Below the pieces are notes generated by a model. That model ran no database searches, had not been told where the DNA came from, and worked only from the letters and a program-made list of their open reading frames with translations. The position numbers and the translations under genes were made by a program. A stretch of 64,000 nucleotides of DNA, from positions 114,916-178,915 of the forward strand of contig JBJHBM010000001.1 of the NCBI GenBank assembly GCA_050485485.1, read 5' to 3'. Positions 44,622 through 54,965 of this stretch are shown here, one piece after another. Every line of letters begins with the position of its first letter. The stretch's first letter is position 1. The DNA comes from Alphaproteobacteria bacterium (lineage in GTDB: Bacteria > Pseudomonadota > Alphaproteobacteria > SMXQ01).

Positions 44622-45581
44622 TCAGGCGGTGCGGACGCGGCGCAGCTTGTCGGTGGCCTCGTTGAGGGCCTCGATCACGAGCTCGGCGGCGCCTTCCTTC
44701 TCCAGCAGCGTCGCCGTGACCGCGAAGGCGTGGAGCTTGAGCAGCTCGTAGAGCTGGCGGCTGGGGGCGGCCGCGACCGCCTCCATCGCCTCGGCCATCG
44801 AATCGGTGATCTCCAGCAGCCCGCCGTAGCCGTGGAGCTGCAGCTCGGAGGCGAGGTTTTCGACCATGCGGGCGAGCTCGGCGTTGCGCTCCATGCGCGC
44901 GGCCGGAAGCTCGGTGCCGGCTGCCTGGGCCGCGACCGCCTGGTCGGCGAGCCAGCCGACGCGCTGGGCGTAGCGGTTGAGGCGGTGGTGGTCGATCACC
45001 GCACGGATCGCGCGGATGCGCTCGCCCGATGCGGCGGCCTCCTGGTCGCCGGTGGCCCGGAAGCGCAGGTTGTTGGGCACCGGGATCGGCGCGAGGCCGA
45101 GCGGGTCGGGGGCGGCGCGGTTGGCGGCGCGGCGGTCGGGGCCGACGTAGCTGGTGGTGACCACGAACCGCTTGCGGTGCCGGATCAGGGCGTCGAGGCG
45201 GTCGGACAGCAGCTTGAGGGAGATCGGCATGGTGACGATGTCGTCGATGCCGGCCTCCATGCCGTTGTTGACCGCCTCCACGCTCGGGTTCCACGACAGC
45301 GCCAGGATCACCGTGAACGGGTCGGCGCACAGGCGCGCCTGGCGCACCTCGCGCACCAGGCCGCACACCGCCTGCTTCTCGCGGTCGAGGTCGAGCAGCA
45401 CCAGGTCGGGGCAGCGCTCGACCATGGCGCCGCGGGCGCGCTCCAGGTCGCCGAAATCGAGGATATTGCGGAAGCCGAGGGTCAGCATGGCGTCGCGCAG
45501 CGTCGCCCGCATCTGCGACAATGGATTGAACAGCACGACCGTCGCCTGCTCGAGCGTATATCGGGAATCGGCCACGGACAC
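44622..45581 (-). CDS. Response-regulator receiver-domain protein with uncharacterised (possibly HPt-like) C-terminal domain
   Basis: N-terminal CheY-like fold (DLVLLDLD...). The C-terminal helical region contains LLKLHAFAVTATLL. Confidence 0.6.
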   Translation of the reverse strand: MSVADSRYTLEQATVVLFNPLSQMRATLRDAMLTLGFRNILDFGDLERARGAMVERCPDLVLLDLDREKQAVCGLVREVRQARLCADPFTVILALSWNPSVEAVNNGMEAGIDDIVTMPISLKLLSDRLDALIRHRKRFVVTTSYVGPDRRAANRAAPDPLGLAPIPVPNNLRFRATGDQEAAASGERIRAIRAVIDHHRLNRYAQRVGWLADQAVAAQAAGTELPAARMERNAELARMVENLASELQLHGYGGLLEITDSMAEAMEAVAAAPSRQLYELLKLHAFAVTATLLEKEGAAELVIEALNEATDKLRRVRTA

Positions 45582-45720
45582 CCCTCTGACACCCCTTCGG
45601 ATCGGGTCCCGGGATGATGCCCCAAAAGCTTGATCAAAACTTAAATTTTAGGTGCATTTTTAGGGAATTTGGACGGAACGGCAGCGAATTCCGGCGCGCC
45701 GTGCTAGCACTGTCCGCGTC

Positions 45721-46473
45721 ATGGAATGGCACGACGAAGCCCTGGTCCTGAGCGTCCGCAAGCACGGCGAGACCGCCGCCGTCGCGAGTCTGCTCACGCT
45801 CGGCCACGGTCGCCGTCTGGGCCTCGTGCGCGGCGGCCAGTCGCGCCGCCGCCAGGGCCTGCTGCAGCCCGGCAACCTCGTCGCCGCGGGCTGGCGCGCG
45901 CGCCTGCCGGAGCACCTCGGCACCTTCACCCTCGAGCCGCGGCGTGACTTCGCCGCGCTCGCGCTGGAGGACCCGGGCCGGCTCGCCGCGCTGGCGGCGA
46001 TGGCGGCGGTGCTCGACGAGGCGCTGCCCGAGCACGATCCCCAGCCGCGGGCCTTCGCCGACGGCCTCGCGCTCCTGGAGGCGCTGGCGGCGCCGCCGGG
46101 CGGGGGGGATCCGATTGGCTGGCTCGCCGCCTATGTGTGCTGGGAGCTTGCGCTGCTGCGCATCCTCGGCTTCGGCCTCGACCTCGGCTCCTGCGCCGCG
46201 ACCGGCGCCACCGCCGACCTCGTCTACGTCTCGCCGCGTTCGGGCCGGGCGGTCTCGGCCGCGGCAGGCGCGCCCTATCACGACCGCCTGCTGCCGCTGC
46301 CCGCCTTCCTGCACGCGGACGACGCGGCGCCAGCGGGTGCCGACGACATCGTCGCGGGGCTCCGCCTCACCGGGTACTTCCTGGAGCGCCACCATTACGC
46401 GGCCCACGGCGGCAAGCCCCCGGCAGCGCGCGCACGGCTCGCGGCCTGGGCCGGGCGCGCGGTAAGAAAATAG
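45721..46473 (+). CDS. recO: DNA repair protein RecO
   Basis: MEWHDEALVLSVRKHGETAAVASLLT... OB-fold N-terminus. 250 aa. Positioned near era. Confidence 0.8.
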   Translation: MEWHDEALVLSVRKHGETAAVASLLTLGHGRRLGLVRGGQSRRRQGLLQPGNLVAAGWRARLPEHLGTFTLEPRRDFAALALEDPGRLAALAAMAAVLDEALPEHDPQPRAFADGLALLEALAAPPGGGDPIGWLAAYVCWELALLRILGFGLDLGSCAATGATADLVYVSPRSGRAVSAAAGAPYHDRLLPLPAFLHADDAAPAGADDIVAGLRLTGYFLERHHYAAHGGKPPAARARLAAWAGRAVRK

Positions 46474-46529
46474 GGGCCCGGCCCCCAACATCTTGTGTTT
46501 TTTGCCCGGCCGGTGCATAGATCGGGCCG

Positions 46530-48767
46530 ATGGCACGACCACCCGCAAAACCCGCTCCCGATCCCGTGATCCGCGACGAGCCGCTCGCGCGCGCGCTGAG
46601 CGAGCGCTACCTGGCCTATGCGCTCTCCACCATCATGTCGCGCTCGCTGCCCGACGTGCGGGACGGCCTCAAGCCGGTCCACCGGCGCCTGCTCTACGCC
46701 ATGCTCAAGCTGCACCTCGACCCCGAGCAGGGGTTCAAGAAGTGCGCGCGCGTGGTGGGCGACGTGATCGGCAAGTACCACCCCCACGGTGACGCCGCCG
46801 TCTATGACGCGCTGGTGCGTCTCGCCCAGGATTTCGCCGTGCGCTACCCGCTGGTGGACGGGCAGGGCAACTTCGGCAACATCGACGGCGACAACGCCGC
46901 GGCCATGCGCTACACCGAGGCCCGCCTGACGGCGGTGGCCAAGGCGCTGCTCGACGGCATCGACGAGGACGCGGTCGATTTCCGCACCACCTACGACGGC
47001 GAGGAGCAGGAGCCGGTGGTGCTGCCGGCGGCCTTCCCGAATCTGCTCGCCAACGGCGCGACCGGCATCGCGGTCGGCATGGCGACCTCGATTCCGCCCC
47101 ACAACGCGGGCGAGGTCTGCGACGCGCTGCTGCACCTCATCAAGTTCCCCAAGGCTACCGTCGGCAAGCTCGCGGACTTCATTCCGGGCCCGGATTTCCC
47201 GACCGGCGGCGTGCTGGTCGAATCGCGCGAGGCGGTGGTCGAGGCCTACCGCACCGGCCGCGGCGCGTTCCGGGTGCGCGCCCGCTGGGAGAAGGAGGAT
47301 CTGCCGCGCGGGTTGTGGCAGGTCGTCGTCACCGAGATTCCGTGGCAGGTCCAGAAGTCGCGCCTGATCGAGAAGATCGCGGCGCTGATGGAGGCGAAGA
47401 AGCTGCCGTTGCTCGCCGACGTTCGCGACGAATCGGCGGAGACCGTGCGCCTCGTGCTGGAACCGCGCTCGCGCGCGATCGAACCCGAGCACCTGATGGC
47501 GCAGCTGTTCCAGCATACCGAGCTCGAGGCCCGCATCGGCCTCAACATGAACGTGCTGGATGGCGACCAGACCCCGCGCGTGATGAACCTGCGCGAGGTG
47601 CTGCAGGCCTTCCTCGATCACCGCCACGCGGTCCTGAAGCGCGTTTCCGCCTTCCGCCTCGGCAAGATCGAAGCGCGCCTCGAGATTCTGGAGGGCTACC
47701 TCGAGGCCTACGGCAAGCTCGACCTCGTCATCAAGATCATCCGCGAGGAGGACGAGCCAAAGCCCAAGCTGATGAAGGCGCTGCGCATCAACGACGTGCA
47801 GGCCGAGGCGATCCTCAACATGCGGCTGCGCGCCCTGCGCAAGCTCGAGGAAAAGGAGATTCGCGCCGAGCATCGTAGGCTCGCCGACGAGGCGAAGGAG
47901 CTGCGCGCGCTTCTCAAGAACGAGAAGAAGCGCTGGACGATCATCGCGGACCAGGTCAAGGCGACCCGGGACGCGTTCGGCCAGAAGACCGCGCTCGGGC
48001 GCCGGCGCACGGAGATCGGCGACGCCCCCTCGGCGGTGGTCATCCCGATCGACGCCGCCATCGAGAAGGAGCCCGTGACCGTGGTTTGCTCGGCCAAGGG
48101 CTGGCTGCGCGGCTTCAAGGGGCATCTCGCGGCCGATGCCGACATCAAGTACAAGGAAGGCGACGGGCCCGGCTTCGTGCTCCACGCGGAAACCACCGAC
48201 AAGCTGCTGGTGTTCGCCACCAACGGGCGCTTCTACACGATCCCCTGCGACCGCCTGCCGCCCGGCCGCGGCAACGGCGAGCCGGTGCGCCTGATGGTGG
48301 ACCTCGGCAACGACCACGACATCGTGCGGCTTCTGGTCCACAAGCCGGGCCGCAAGCTGGTGGTGGCCTCCTCCGACGGGCGCGGCTTCGTCGTGCCGGA
48401 GGACGAAGTTCTGGCGCAGACCCGCGCCGGCAAGCAGGTGCTCAACGTCAAGGGCGACATCGAGGCCGCGGCGTGCCGGCCGGTGGAGGGGGATTCCGTG
48501 GCGGTGCTCGGCAGCAACCGCAAGCTCCTGATCTTCCCGGTCAAGGATCTGCCCGAGATGACGCGCGGGCGCGGCGTGAAGCTCCAGGCCTACCGCGACG
48601 CGACCCTCGACGACCTCGTCACCTTCAACCGCAAGGACGGGCTCTCATGGCGGCAGGCCGACCGCACCCGTACCGAGACCGACCTGACCGCCTGGATCGG
48701 CAAGCGTGCCCAGTCGGGCCGCATGCCGCCGCGCGGCTTCCCGAAGAAGCCGAAGGCGTTTTCTTAG
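46530..48767 (+). CDS. parC: DNA topoisomerase IV subunit A
   Basis: [13 protein letters not shown]..., the active-site Tyr region (AAMRYTE), and a GyrA/ParC C-terminal beta-pinwheel. 745 aa. Confidence 0.9.
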   Translation: MARPPAKPAPDPVIRDEPLARALSERYLAYALSTIMSRSLPDVRDGLKPVHRRLLYAMLKLHLDPEQGFKKCARVVGDVIGKYHPHGDAAVYDALVRLAQDFAVRYPLVDGQGNFGNIDGDNAAAMRYTEARLTAVAKALLDGIDEDAVDFRTTYDGEEQEPVVLPAAFPNLLANGATGIAVGMATSIPPHNAGEVCDALLHLIKFPKATVGKLADFIPGPDFPTGGVLVESREAVVEAYRTGRGAFRVRARWEKEDLPRGLWQVVVTEIPWQVQKSRLIEKIAALMEAKKLPLLADVRDESAETVRLVLEPRSRAIEPEHLMAQLFQHTELEARIGLNMNVLDGDQTPRVMNLREVLQAFLDHRHAVLKRVSAFRLGKIEARLEILEGYLEAYGKLDLVIKIIREEDEPKPKLMKALRINDVQAEAILNMRLRALRKLEEKEIRAEHRRLADEAKELRALLKNEKKRWTIIADQVKATRDAFGQKTALGRRRTEIGDAPSAVVIPIDAAIEKEPVTVVCSAKGWLRGFKGHLAADADIKYKEGDGPGFVLHAETTDKLLVFATNGRFYTIPCDRLPPGRGNGEPVRLMVDLGNDHDIVRLLVHKPGRKLVVASSDGRGFVVPEDEVLAQTRAGKQVLNVKGDIEAAACRPVEGDSVAVLGSNRKLLIFPVKDLPEMTRGRGVKLQAYRDATLDDLVTFNRKDGLSWRQADRTRTETDLTAWIGKRAQSGRMPPRGFPKKPKAFS

Positions 48768-48827
48768 GCAGGACGGGATTTCCCGAGTGCCGCACGCAGG
48801 CTGCGCCCGGCATTCGGATTTCCTTCT

Positions 48828-49376
48828 TCAGTCGATCTGGCGGAAGGTGCCGGTGCGGCGATCCACCGCCAGCCGCTGAACCAGAGAGCCGTTCTGCGTG
48901 ACGATCTCGGCCACGATTTCCCCGGTGTCGGTCGGCCGCAACTCACCCAGCTTGAGTCGGGGATTGGCGTGCCAGTCGAGCGCGCGCCGAAGCATCTCCC
49001 CGACCTGCTCGGCGGTGGCTTCACCATGTCCCGCGCGTGGCATGCCGTAGATCGGGCCCGGCCCGATGGCCGGAGGCATCATGCCCATCATGCCGCCCAT
49101 CATCATGGGGCAAGGCATCATGCCGGGCATCATTCCCATCTGTCCCGGCATCATGCCGGACTGTCCCATGCCCTGGCCGCCCATCATTCCGGGCATGCCG
49201 CCCGGCATGTCCTTTGCCGGAGCCTCCTGCGGGGCGGCGGGGGCGGGGGCCGCCTGCGTTTCCGGGGGATGATGCGCATCATGGTCCTGAGGGTCCGTCT
49301 GCGCCATGGCCGAAGGCGGATTGAATAGCAGTAAAAGCCCTGCGACCAGTGCGGTGTGCGACTTATTCATCTTCAT
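48828..49376 (-). CDS. Secreted methionine/glycine-rich protein with C-terminal PepSY-like domain (putative periplasmic copper-binding protein)
   Basis: Signal peptide MKMNKSHTALVAGLLLLFNPPSAMA. Met-rich tract MPGGMPGMMGGQGMGQSGMMPGQMGMMPGMMPCPMMMGGMMGMMPP. C-terminal ...LAVDRRTGTF fold. The start overlaps the DUF2933 gene stop. Confidence 0.7.
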   Translation of the reverse strand: MKMNKSHTALVAGLLLLFNPPSAMAQTDPQDHDAHHPPETQAAPAPAAPQEAPAKDMPGGMPGMMGGQGMGQSGMMPGQMGMMPGMMPCPMMMGGMMGMMPPAIGPGPIYGMPRAGHGEATAEQVGEMLRRALDWHANPRLKLGELRPTDTGEIVAEIVTQNGSLVQRLAVDRRTGTFRQID

Positions 49377-49657
49377 GATTCATGCTCCTTGCTTACTGTG
49401 GATTCTTCATGCCGCTCACTCCCTTGTCCGCCATGCCCGTGATTTCGATGCATGAAGAAATGCATGCCGAGACAGACGGCCAACGGCAGCAGCAGCGGTA
49501 AGGCGGCGAGGAGGCGGAGACGATGTTCCAGCCATAGCACCACGCCGGCGACCGCAAGCAGGACCCAGAGCGCGAAACCCATGGGCGAGCTCAGGAATGG
49601 ACGCTTCCGATTTGCAATAACGGATGAATCGACCGGCTCGTGTTTGCGATAGGTCAT
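49373..49657 (-). CDS. DUF2933-like small membrane protein with His-rich tail (HRNHGHGGQGSERHEE)
   Basis: ATG 49657 overlapping the copA stop (ATGA). 94 aa with two TM segments. Confidence 0.6.
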   Translation of the reverse strand: MTYRKHEPVDSSVIANRKRPFLSSPMGFALWVLLAVAGVVLWLEHRLRLLAALPLLLPLAVCLGMHFFMHRNHGHGGQGSERHEESTVSKEHES

Positions 49658-51966
49658 GTTTTTGCCACCTCCAATCGCGCGCGCTTCAGCAACAGCGAGT
49701 TGCCGATCACGGAAAGCGAGCTCGCGGTCATGGCGATCACCCCGATCATCGGATGGAGAAGGCCCAGCGCCGCGATCGGAATGGCGGCGACGTTGTAGAA
49801 CCATGCCCAGAATAGGTTTTGGACGATTTTGGAGAAGGTGGCCTTGGACAGGCGGATCGCCTCGACCGCCTTGGAAAGCTCGCCCCCCACCAGGGTGACG
49901 TCGGCGGCCTCGATCGCGACGTCGGCACCGGCGCCGATGGCGATGCCGACGTTGGCCTGCTTCAATGCCGGCGCGTCGTTGATGCCGTCGCCGACCATGG
50001 CGACCCCGCCGCCATGACGCGCCTGAAGCTCGCGTATGGCAGCGACCTTTCCTTCGGGCAGCACGCCGGCCCGCACTTCGTCTATGCCGACCCGGGAAGC
50101 GACATGACGCGCGGTGCGCTCGTTATCGCCGGTGATCATGACGGCCTGGATGCCGAGCTCGTGCATGGCGGCGATAGCGGCCTTGGAATCCTCCTTGATC
50201 GTGTCGGCGACGGCGACGAGCCCCGCCGCGCGGTCGTCGATCGCGACCAGCATGGCGGTCTTTCCCGAGGTCTCGAGCCCGGTGAGCTGTTCGTCGAGCT
50301 CGCCGATGGAGATTCCGGATTCTTCGAGCAACCGCCGGCTGCCAACCCGCACCCGGCGGCCTTCAACGTCACCTTCGACGCCGCGCGCCGTGACCGCCTT
50401 GAAGCCCACGACGTCGGGCACGTCGAGGCCGCGCTCCCGGGCGCCAGCGACCACGGCCTGGCCGAGCGGGTGCTCGGAACCGGCTTCGACGGCCGCCGCG
50501 GCCTTGAGCACCTCGGTCTCGTCGAATCCCGGCGCCGTCGCCACGTCGGTGAGCGCGGGCTTGCCCTTGGTGATGGTGCCGGTCTTGTCGAGCACCACCA
50601 CCTTGATGTCTTTCAATGTCTGTATGGCTTCGCCCGAGCGGATCAGCACGCCGCGTTCGGCGCCAAGCCCGCTGCCCACCATGATCGCCGTCGGCGTGGC
50701 GAGGCCGAGCGCGCAGGGACAGGCGATGACGAGCACCGCGACCGCCGAGAGAATGCCGACCATCAGGGGAGCAAGTCCAGGATTGACCCAAGGAAGGAAG
50801 CTCGCGCCCCAGTGGAGGATCGGCCTCAGGCCGTCGTCGAAGGCCAGCCATGCGGCGAGGCTTGCGAAACTGATGAGGATGACCGCGGGCACGAAGTAGC
50901 CGGTGATCCGGTCCGCGAACTCCTGGATCGGCACTTTCGAGCCCTGGGCCTCCTCGACCAGGCGGATGACCTGCGCGAGAAACGTGTCGGCTCCCACCTT
51001 GGTGGCGTGGACCTTCAGCATGCCTTCCTTGTTGATGGTGGCGCCGATGACGGGGTCGCCCGGGCCCTTTTCGACGGGCACGGACTCGCCGGTGGCGATG
51101 GATTCGTCGAGATGGCTGTTTCCTTCGACGATCTCGCCATCGGTCGGAACCTTGGCGCCCGGACGGACCACCATCACGTCGCCGGCGCGTAGCGCCGTTA
51201 CCGCCACCTCGATTTCGTTGCCGTTGCGCAGGACCGAGGCGGTCTTGGCGCCGAGCGTGACCAGCCGCTTGATGGCCTGGCTGGCGCGTCCCTTGGCCCG
51301 GGTCTCGAGATAGCGCCCGAGCAGATGGAAGGTCGTGATGGTCGCGGCCATCTCTATGAACGAGGTCATCGGGTAGAAGAATCCGACGAGGCCGATCAAA
51401 TAAGGCGGCAGGCTGCCCATCGAGATCAGCACGTCCATATTGGCGGTACGGTTGGTGAGCGAGCGCCAGGCGGATCGGTGCGTCGCGAAGCCGCCGTAGA
51501 GGAAGACGACCGGAAACGCGAGGACGGCCACGATGGCGAGGTAGCCCGGGATCGGCTGCCAGAACATGTGCGGCACCATCAGCAGCATGATCAAGGTGGT
51601 CGGGACGGCGGCGATCCAGAGCCTCTTCCATGCCTGCGTCAGGTAGCGTTCCTCGATTTCGCCTGACGCCGTCGGGGAGCCCGACCCTGCGTCTTCGACC
51701 GCGTCGACGTCGTATCCCGCGCGCTCGACGGTGCCTCGTATCCTGGCGGCATCCGTCAGGGCCGGATCGAAATGGACCGTCACGCGGTGGTTTCCGATGT
51801 TGGTCTCGACGCCGGCGATGCCGGGCAGCCGACGGATCGAAGTGGAAACGAGCCCCGCGCAATGGTCACTGCCCATGCCCGGGACGATCAGGCGGGCCGT
51901 TTGGCGGCCGGAAGCTCCGGCGGCATCGCGTGAAACGACTTGGAGGGTATCGTCATTGGTTGTCAT
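49654..51966 (-). CDS. copA: Copper-translocating P1B-type ATPase (CopA-like)
   Basis: CPC (IACPCALGLATP), DKTGTITKG, GDGINDAP and HP motifs. The N-terminal HMA-like domain has a degenerate metal site GMGSDHCAG. Confidence 0.9.
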   Translation of the reverse strand: MTTNDDTLQVVSRDAAGASGRQTARLIVPGMGSDHCAGLVSTSIRRLPGIAGVETNIGNHRVTVHFDPALTDAARIRGTVERAGYDVDAVEDAGSGSPTASGEIEERYLTQAWKRLWIAAVPTTLIMLLMVPHMFWQPIPGYLAIVAVLAFPVVFLYGGFATHRSAWRSLTNRTANMDVLISMGSLPPYLIGLVGFFYPMTSFIEMAATITTFHLLGRYLETRAKGRASQAIKRLVTLGAKTASVLRNGNEIEVAVTALRAGDVMVVRPGAKVPTDGEIVEGNSHLDESIATGESVPVEKGPGDPVIGATINKEGMLKVHATKVGADTFLAQVIRLVEEAQGSKVPIQEFADRITGYFVPAVILISFASLAAWLAFDDGLRPILHWGASFLPWVNPGLAPLMVGILSAVAVLVIACPCALGLATPTAIMVGSGLGAERGVLIRSGEAIQTLKDIKVVVLDKTGTITKGKPALTDVATAPGFDETEVLKAAAAVEAGSEHPLGQAVVAGARERGLDVPDVVGFKAVTARGVEGDVEGRRVRVGSRRLLEESGISIGELDEQLTGLETSGKTAMLVAIDDRAAGLVAVADTIKEDSKAAIAAMHELGIQAVMITGDNERTARHVASRVGIDEVRAGVLPEGKVAAIRELQARHGGGVAMVGDGINDAPALKQANVGIAIGAGADVAIEAADVTLVGGELSKAVEAIRLSKATFSKIVQNLFWAWFYNVAAIPIAALGLLHPMIGVIAMTASSLSVIGNSLLLKRARLEVAKT

Positions 51967-52002
51967 GGCCGTGCCTTCCTTTCCTTTGTCGTTTGACGAT
52001 CC

Positions 52003-53475
52003 TCACGCCTGATATTCCAGTGTCGTCATCATGCCGCCCGCCATGTGGTAGAGGTGATGGCAGTGGAGCGCCCACTTGCCGGGGTTGGCCGCGTCGAAGG
52101 CGATGGTCACGCTGCCGCCCGCCGGCACCAGGACGGTGTCGCGCACCGCGCCCGCGAAGCGCCGTCCGTCGATGGCGACCACCTGGAAGTGATGCCCGTG
52201 CAGGTGCATCGGATGCGCCATCGTGGTGCGGTCCGTGAAGGTGATCTCGACGCGCTCGCCCGCGCGCACGGCGAGTGGCACGTGCGCGCCGTGGACCGCG
52301 CCGTTGAGCATCCAGACGTAGCCCGGAGCCTCGGTGATCGTCACCGCATGGGTGCGGTCGGCGGGGCGGGTGGCGATGGGCCGGGCGGTGCGCAGGCGCC
52401 GCTCGAGGTCGAGGCCGACGGCCGCGGCCGCATGATGGGCCTCCTCGGCGAGGCGTGAGACACGGCCCTTGGCGGTGGCGAGCACGAAGCCGGTGCGCTT
52501 GCGCTCGCCCTCGCGCACCGCGAAGACGGGCCAGGCGCCTTCGCTCCGCGGCAGGTCGATCAGGATGTCGAGCCGCTGGGCGATGGCGAACTCGAAACGG
52601 TTGCCGGCGACGGGCTCGACCGGGACGCCGTCCACCGCGATCAGTCGGCCCTTCAGCCTGTCGAGGTCGATCCAGAAGTTGGTCGCGGTAGCCGCGTTGA
52701 TCAGCCGGAGGCGCACCCGGCCGCCGCGCTCGACCCGATGGACGGCGGGGTCCGCGAGCGTCCGGTCGTCGGCGAGGAAGGCGTCGTAGTCGACATCGTG
52801 CAGATGCACGCCGCCGCCCGGGCCACCGTGGCCCCCATGTCCCGCATGGGGATCGGGCGCGGGGGCGGGGGCGCCGTGCCCCGCATGGCCGCCGTTCGCG
52901 CCGCCGTGTCCCGCGCCGCGCAGGCCCGCGAGGATTTCGGCGGGATCGCGGAAGGTGAAGTCGTGGAACATCACTACGACCTCCTGCACGTCCGCGCCCG
53001 TTTCGGCCGGGTCGCGGACGATCAGCGGCGCGGCCGCCAAGAGCTGCTCCTGGAGGCCGTGGTGCGAATGCATCCAGTTGGTGCCCGGAAGGTCCAGCGC
53101 GAAGTCGTAGTCGTAGGACGCGCCGGGGGCGAGCGCCGGCTGCGAGAGGTCGGGGACGCCATCCTGCCGCCACGGCGGCGTGAGGCCGTGCCAGTGGATC
53201 AGCGTTTTCTCGCCGATGCGGTTCTCGAGGCGCACGCGGAACCGTCCGCCCGCGTCCGCGTAAAGCCCGTGCGTGCCGTCGGGCTGGCGGATGGCGAACA
53301 CGTCGGCGGGCCTGCCGCGCACCTCGATCACGCGCTTCTCGACGCGCAGATCGGTGACGGGATGGCTCGCGGCGCGCGCGGGGGCGCGCGGCAGGAGCAG
53401 GGAAGGGACGGCACCGGCGAATCCGGCGCCGGCGGCCGAGGCCAGGAAGGCACGGCGGGAGAGCGGCATGGTCAT
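52003..53475 (-). CDS. Multicopper oxidase (CopA/PcoA-type), Tat-secreted
   Basis: Twin-arginine signal MTMPLSRRAFLASAAGAGFAGAV. HWHGL and HCHHLYHMAGGMM copper-site motifs. Confidence 0.85.
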   Translation of the reverse strand: MTMPLSRRAFLASAAGAGFAGAVPSLLLPRAPARAASHPVTDLRVEKRVIEVRGRPADVFAIRQPDGTHGLYADAGGRFRVRLENRIGEKTLIHWHGLTPPWRQDGVPDLSQPALAPGASYDYDFALDLPGTNWMHSHHGLQEQLLAAAPLIVRDPAETGADVQEVVVMFHDFTFRDPAEILAGLRGAGHGGANGGHAGHGAPAPAPDPHAGHGGHGGPGGGVHLHDVDYDAFLADDRTLADPAVHRVERGGRVRLRLINAATATNFWIDLDRLKGRLIAVDGVPVEPVAGNRFEFAIAQRLDILIDLPRSEGAWPVFAVREGERKRTGFVLATAKGRVSRLAEEAHHAAAAVGLDLERRLRTARPIATRPADRTHAVTITEAPGYVWMLNGAVHGAHVPLAVRAGERVEITFTDRTTMAHPMHLHGHHFQVVAIDGRRFAGAVRDTVLVPAGGSVTIAFDAANPGKWALHCHHLYHMAGGMMTTLEYQA

Positions 53476-53547
53476 GGTCCTTTCGTTCGTCTGTCCGCCG
53501 CCGGACGAGGGCGCGGCGGAACGGTTTGCGGGACCGCGCGGACGCGG

Positions 53548-53901
53548 TCAGAGCCGAACGAAAAGGGGCCTTGGAGGATGGGATCCGGGCGGAATAACGC
53601 GACCGCCGCCGGCGATGGAGGTTGGAGACGGCGGTGGCGTCTCCATGAGCGAGGCGACGGCGACGTTCCGGGGCAAGGGCACGCAGAAGCCGCAGCCGAG
53701 GCCGCCCGGACAGAGGTCCGCAGTCTTCTGCGCGTCGACGTCGCAGTCGCAATCGCCGTGGAGTGAGCCGTCGGCCTGTGCCACCGGCGGCGGGACATGG
53801 TGGCCGTGCCCGAGCGCCGCCGGGCCGGCGAAGTGGATGACGCCCGCCATCGCGAAGACGAGACAGAGGGTAATCGTCCGTATGAGGCGGACGGCCCTCA
53901 C
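53548..53901 (-). CDS. Hypothetical small secreted Cys-rich protein (HGDCDCDVDAQKTADLCPGGLGCGFC)
   Basis: Signal peptide MRAVRLIRTITLCLVFAMAGV. The start overlaps the htrA-like stop (ATGA). Coding status is uncertain. Confidence 0.35.
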   Translation of the reverse strand: MRAVRLIRTITLCLVFAMAGVIHFAGPAALGHGHHVPPPVAQADGSLHGDCDCDVDAQKTADLCPGGLGCGFCVPLPRNVAVASLMETPPPSPTSIAGGGRVIPPGSHPPRPLFVRL

Positions 53902-54965
53902 GAGATATCTCCCACCACGATCTCGACGGTGCGCGTCTTCCCGTCGCGCATAACGTCGAGCTTGGCGGTCGCGCCGACGCCCATCTCGAACAGGGCTTGG
54001 GCGAGGTCGTGGAAGGTGCGCACCGGATTGCCGTTGATGCCGACGATCACGTCGCCGGGCGCGCCGGTGCGCTCGTCCATGCCCTCGAGTCCGGCCTTCG
54101 CCGCGGGCGAGCCCCGCTGCACGCGATGGACGATCACGCCCGTCACGTTGGACTGCGCCGCCGCCTCGTCGGGCAGCGCGAGGATGCCGATGCCGGGCGT
54201 CGGCACCTTGCCCTCGGCGATCAGTTGCGGCACCACGCGGTTGACCACGTCCACGGGGATCGCGAAACCGACCCCGGCGGAGGCGCCGGAGCCGGACAGG
54301 ATCGCCGTGTTGACGCCGATCAGGCGTCCCGCCGAATCGAGCAGCGGCCCGCCCGAGTTGCCGGGATTGATCGCGGCGTCGGTCTGGATCACGCCCGGAA
54401 TCTCGCGCCCACGCATGGTCGGCAGGCGGCGCTCGGTCGCGCTCACGATGCCGGTGGTGAGGGTGCGCGCGAGGCCGAAGGGATTGCCGATGGCATAGAC
54501 GCGCTGGCCCACCTTGAGGTCGGCGGAACGGCCGATCGGCAGCGGCCTCAGGTTGTTCGGCACGTTGTTGAGGCGCAGCACGGCGAGATCGTAGTCGGGG
54601 GCACGCCCGATCACCTTGGCGGGGATTGCATCGCCCACGTCGAGGTTCACCACCACGGCGTCGGCCTGGGCCACGACGTGGTTGTTGGTGACGACATGGC
54701 CCCGCTCGTCCCAGACGAAGCCGGAGCCGGCCCCGGAGGGCCGTAGATTCTCGGCCGTCGCGCGGGCGCCGCGTGGGATGCGCGCCGTGAAGATGTAGGC
54801 GACCGAGGGGGCCGCCGTTTCGAACAGGGCGGCGTCGCGGGCTTCGTCGGCGGTGAGGGGGCCGCGCGGCGCGACCGGGCGCGGCTCCTGCGCCGCCGCG
54901 AGCAGGCCGCCCGCGACGACGGCGAAACAGGCCAGGGATACGAGGACGGCCTTGCGCAAGGCCAT
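53898..54965 (-). CDS. HtrA/DegP-family periplasmic serine protease with one PDZ domain (DegS-like size)
   Basis: ATG 54965 overlapping the dctP stop. TNNHVV, D, and GNSGGPL form the catalytic triad. C-terminal PDZ domain (GVIVHRVQRGSPAAKAGL). 355 aa. The 686-aa ORF in this frame includes a spurious N-terminal extension. Confidence 0.85.
   Translation of the reverse strand: MALRKAVLVSLACFAVVAGGLLAAAQEPRPVAPRGPLTADEARDAALFETAAPSVAYIFTARIPRGARATAENLRPSGAGSGFVWDERGHVVTNNHVVAQADAVVVNLDVGDAIPAKVIGRAPDYDLAVLRLNNVPNNLRPLPIGRSADLKVGQRVYAIGNPFGLARTLTTGIVSATERRLPTMRGREIPGVIQTDAAINPGNSGGPLLDSAGRLIGVNTAILSGSGASAGVGFAIPVDVVNRVVPQLIAEGKVPTPGIGILALPDEAAAQSNVTGVIVHRVQRGSPAAKAGLEGMDERTGAPGDVIVGINGNPVRTFHDLAQALFEMGVGATAKLDVMRDGKTRTVEIVVGDIS

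Noticed and set aside
46395-48341. 648-aa minus-strand ORF
   Set aside because: Antisense to parC.
49819-53766. ORFs 49819..51192 (+), 50369..51862 (-), 51953..53752 (-) and 52738..53766 (+)
   Set aside because: Alternative frames or antisense of copA and the multicopper oxidase.
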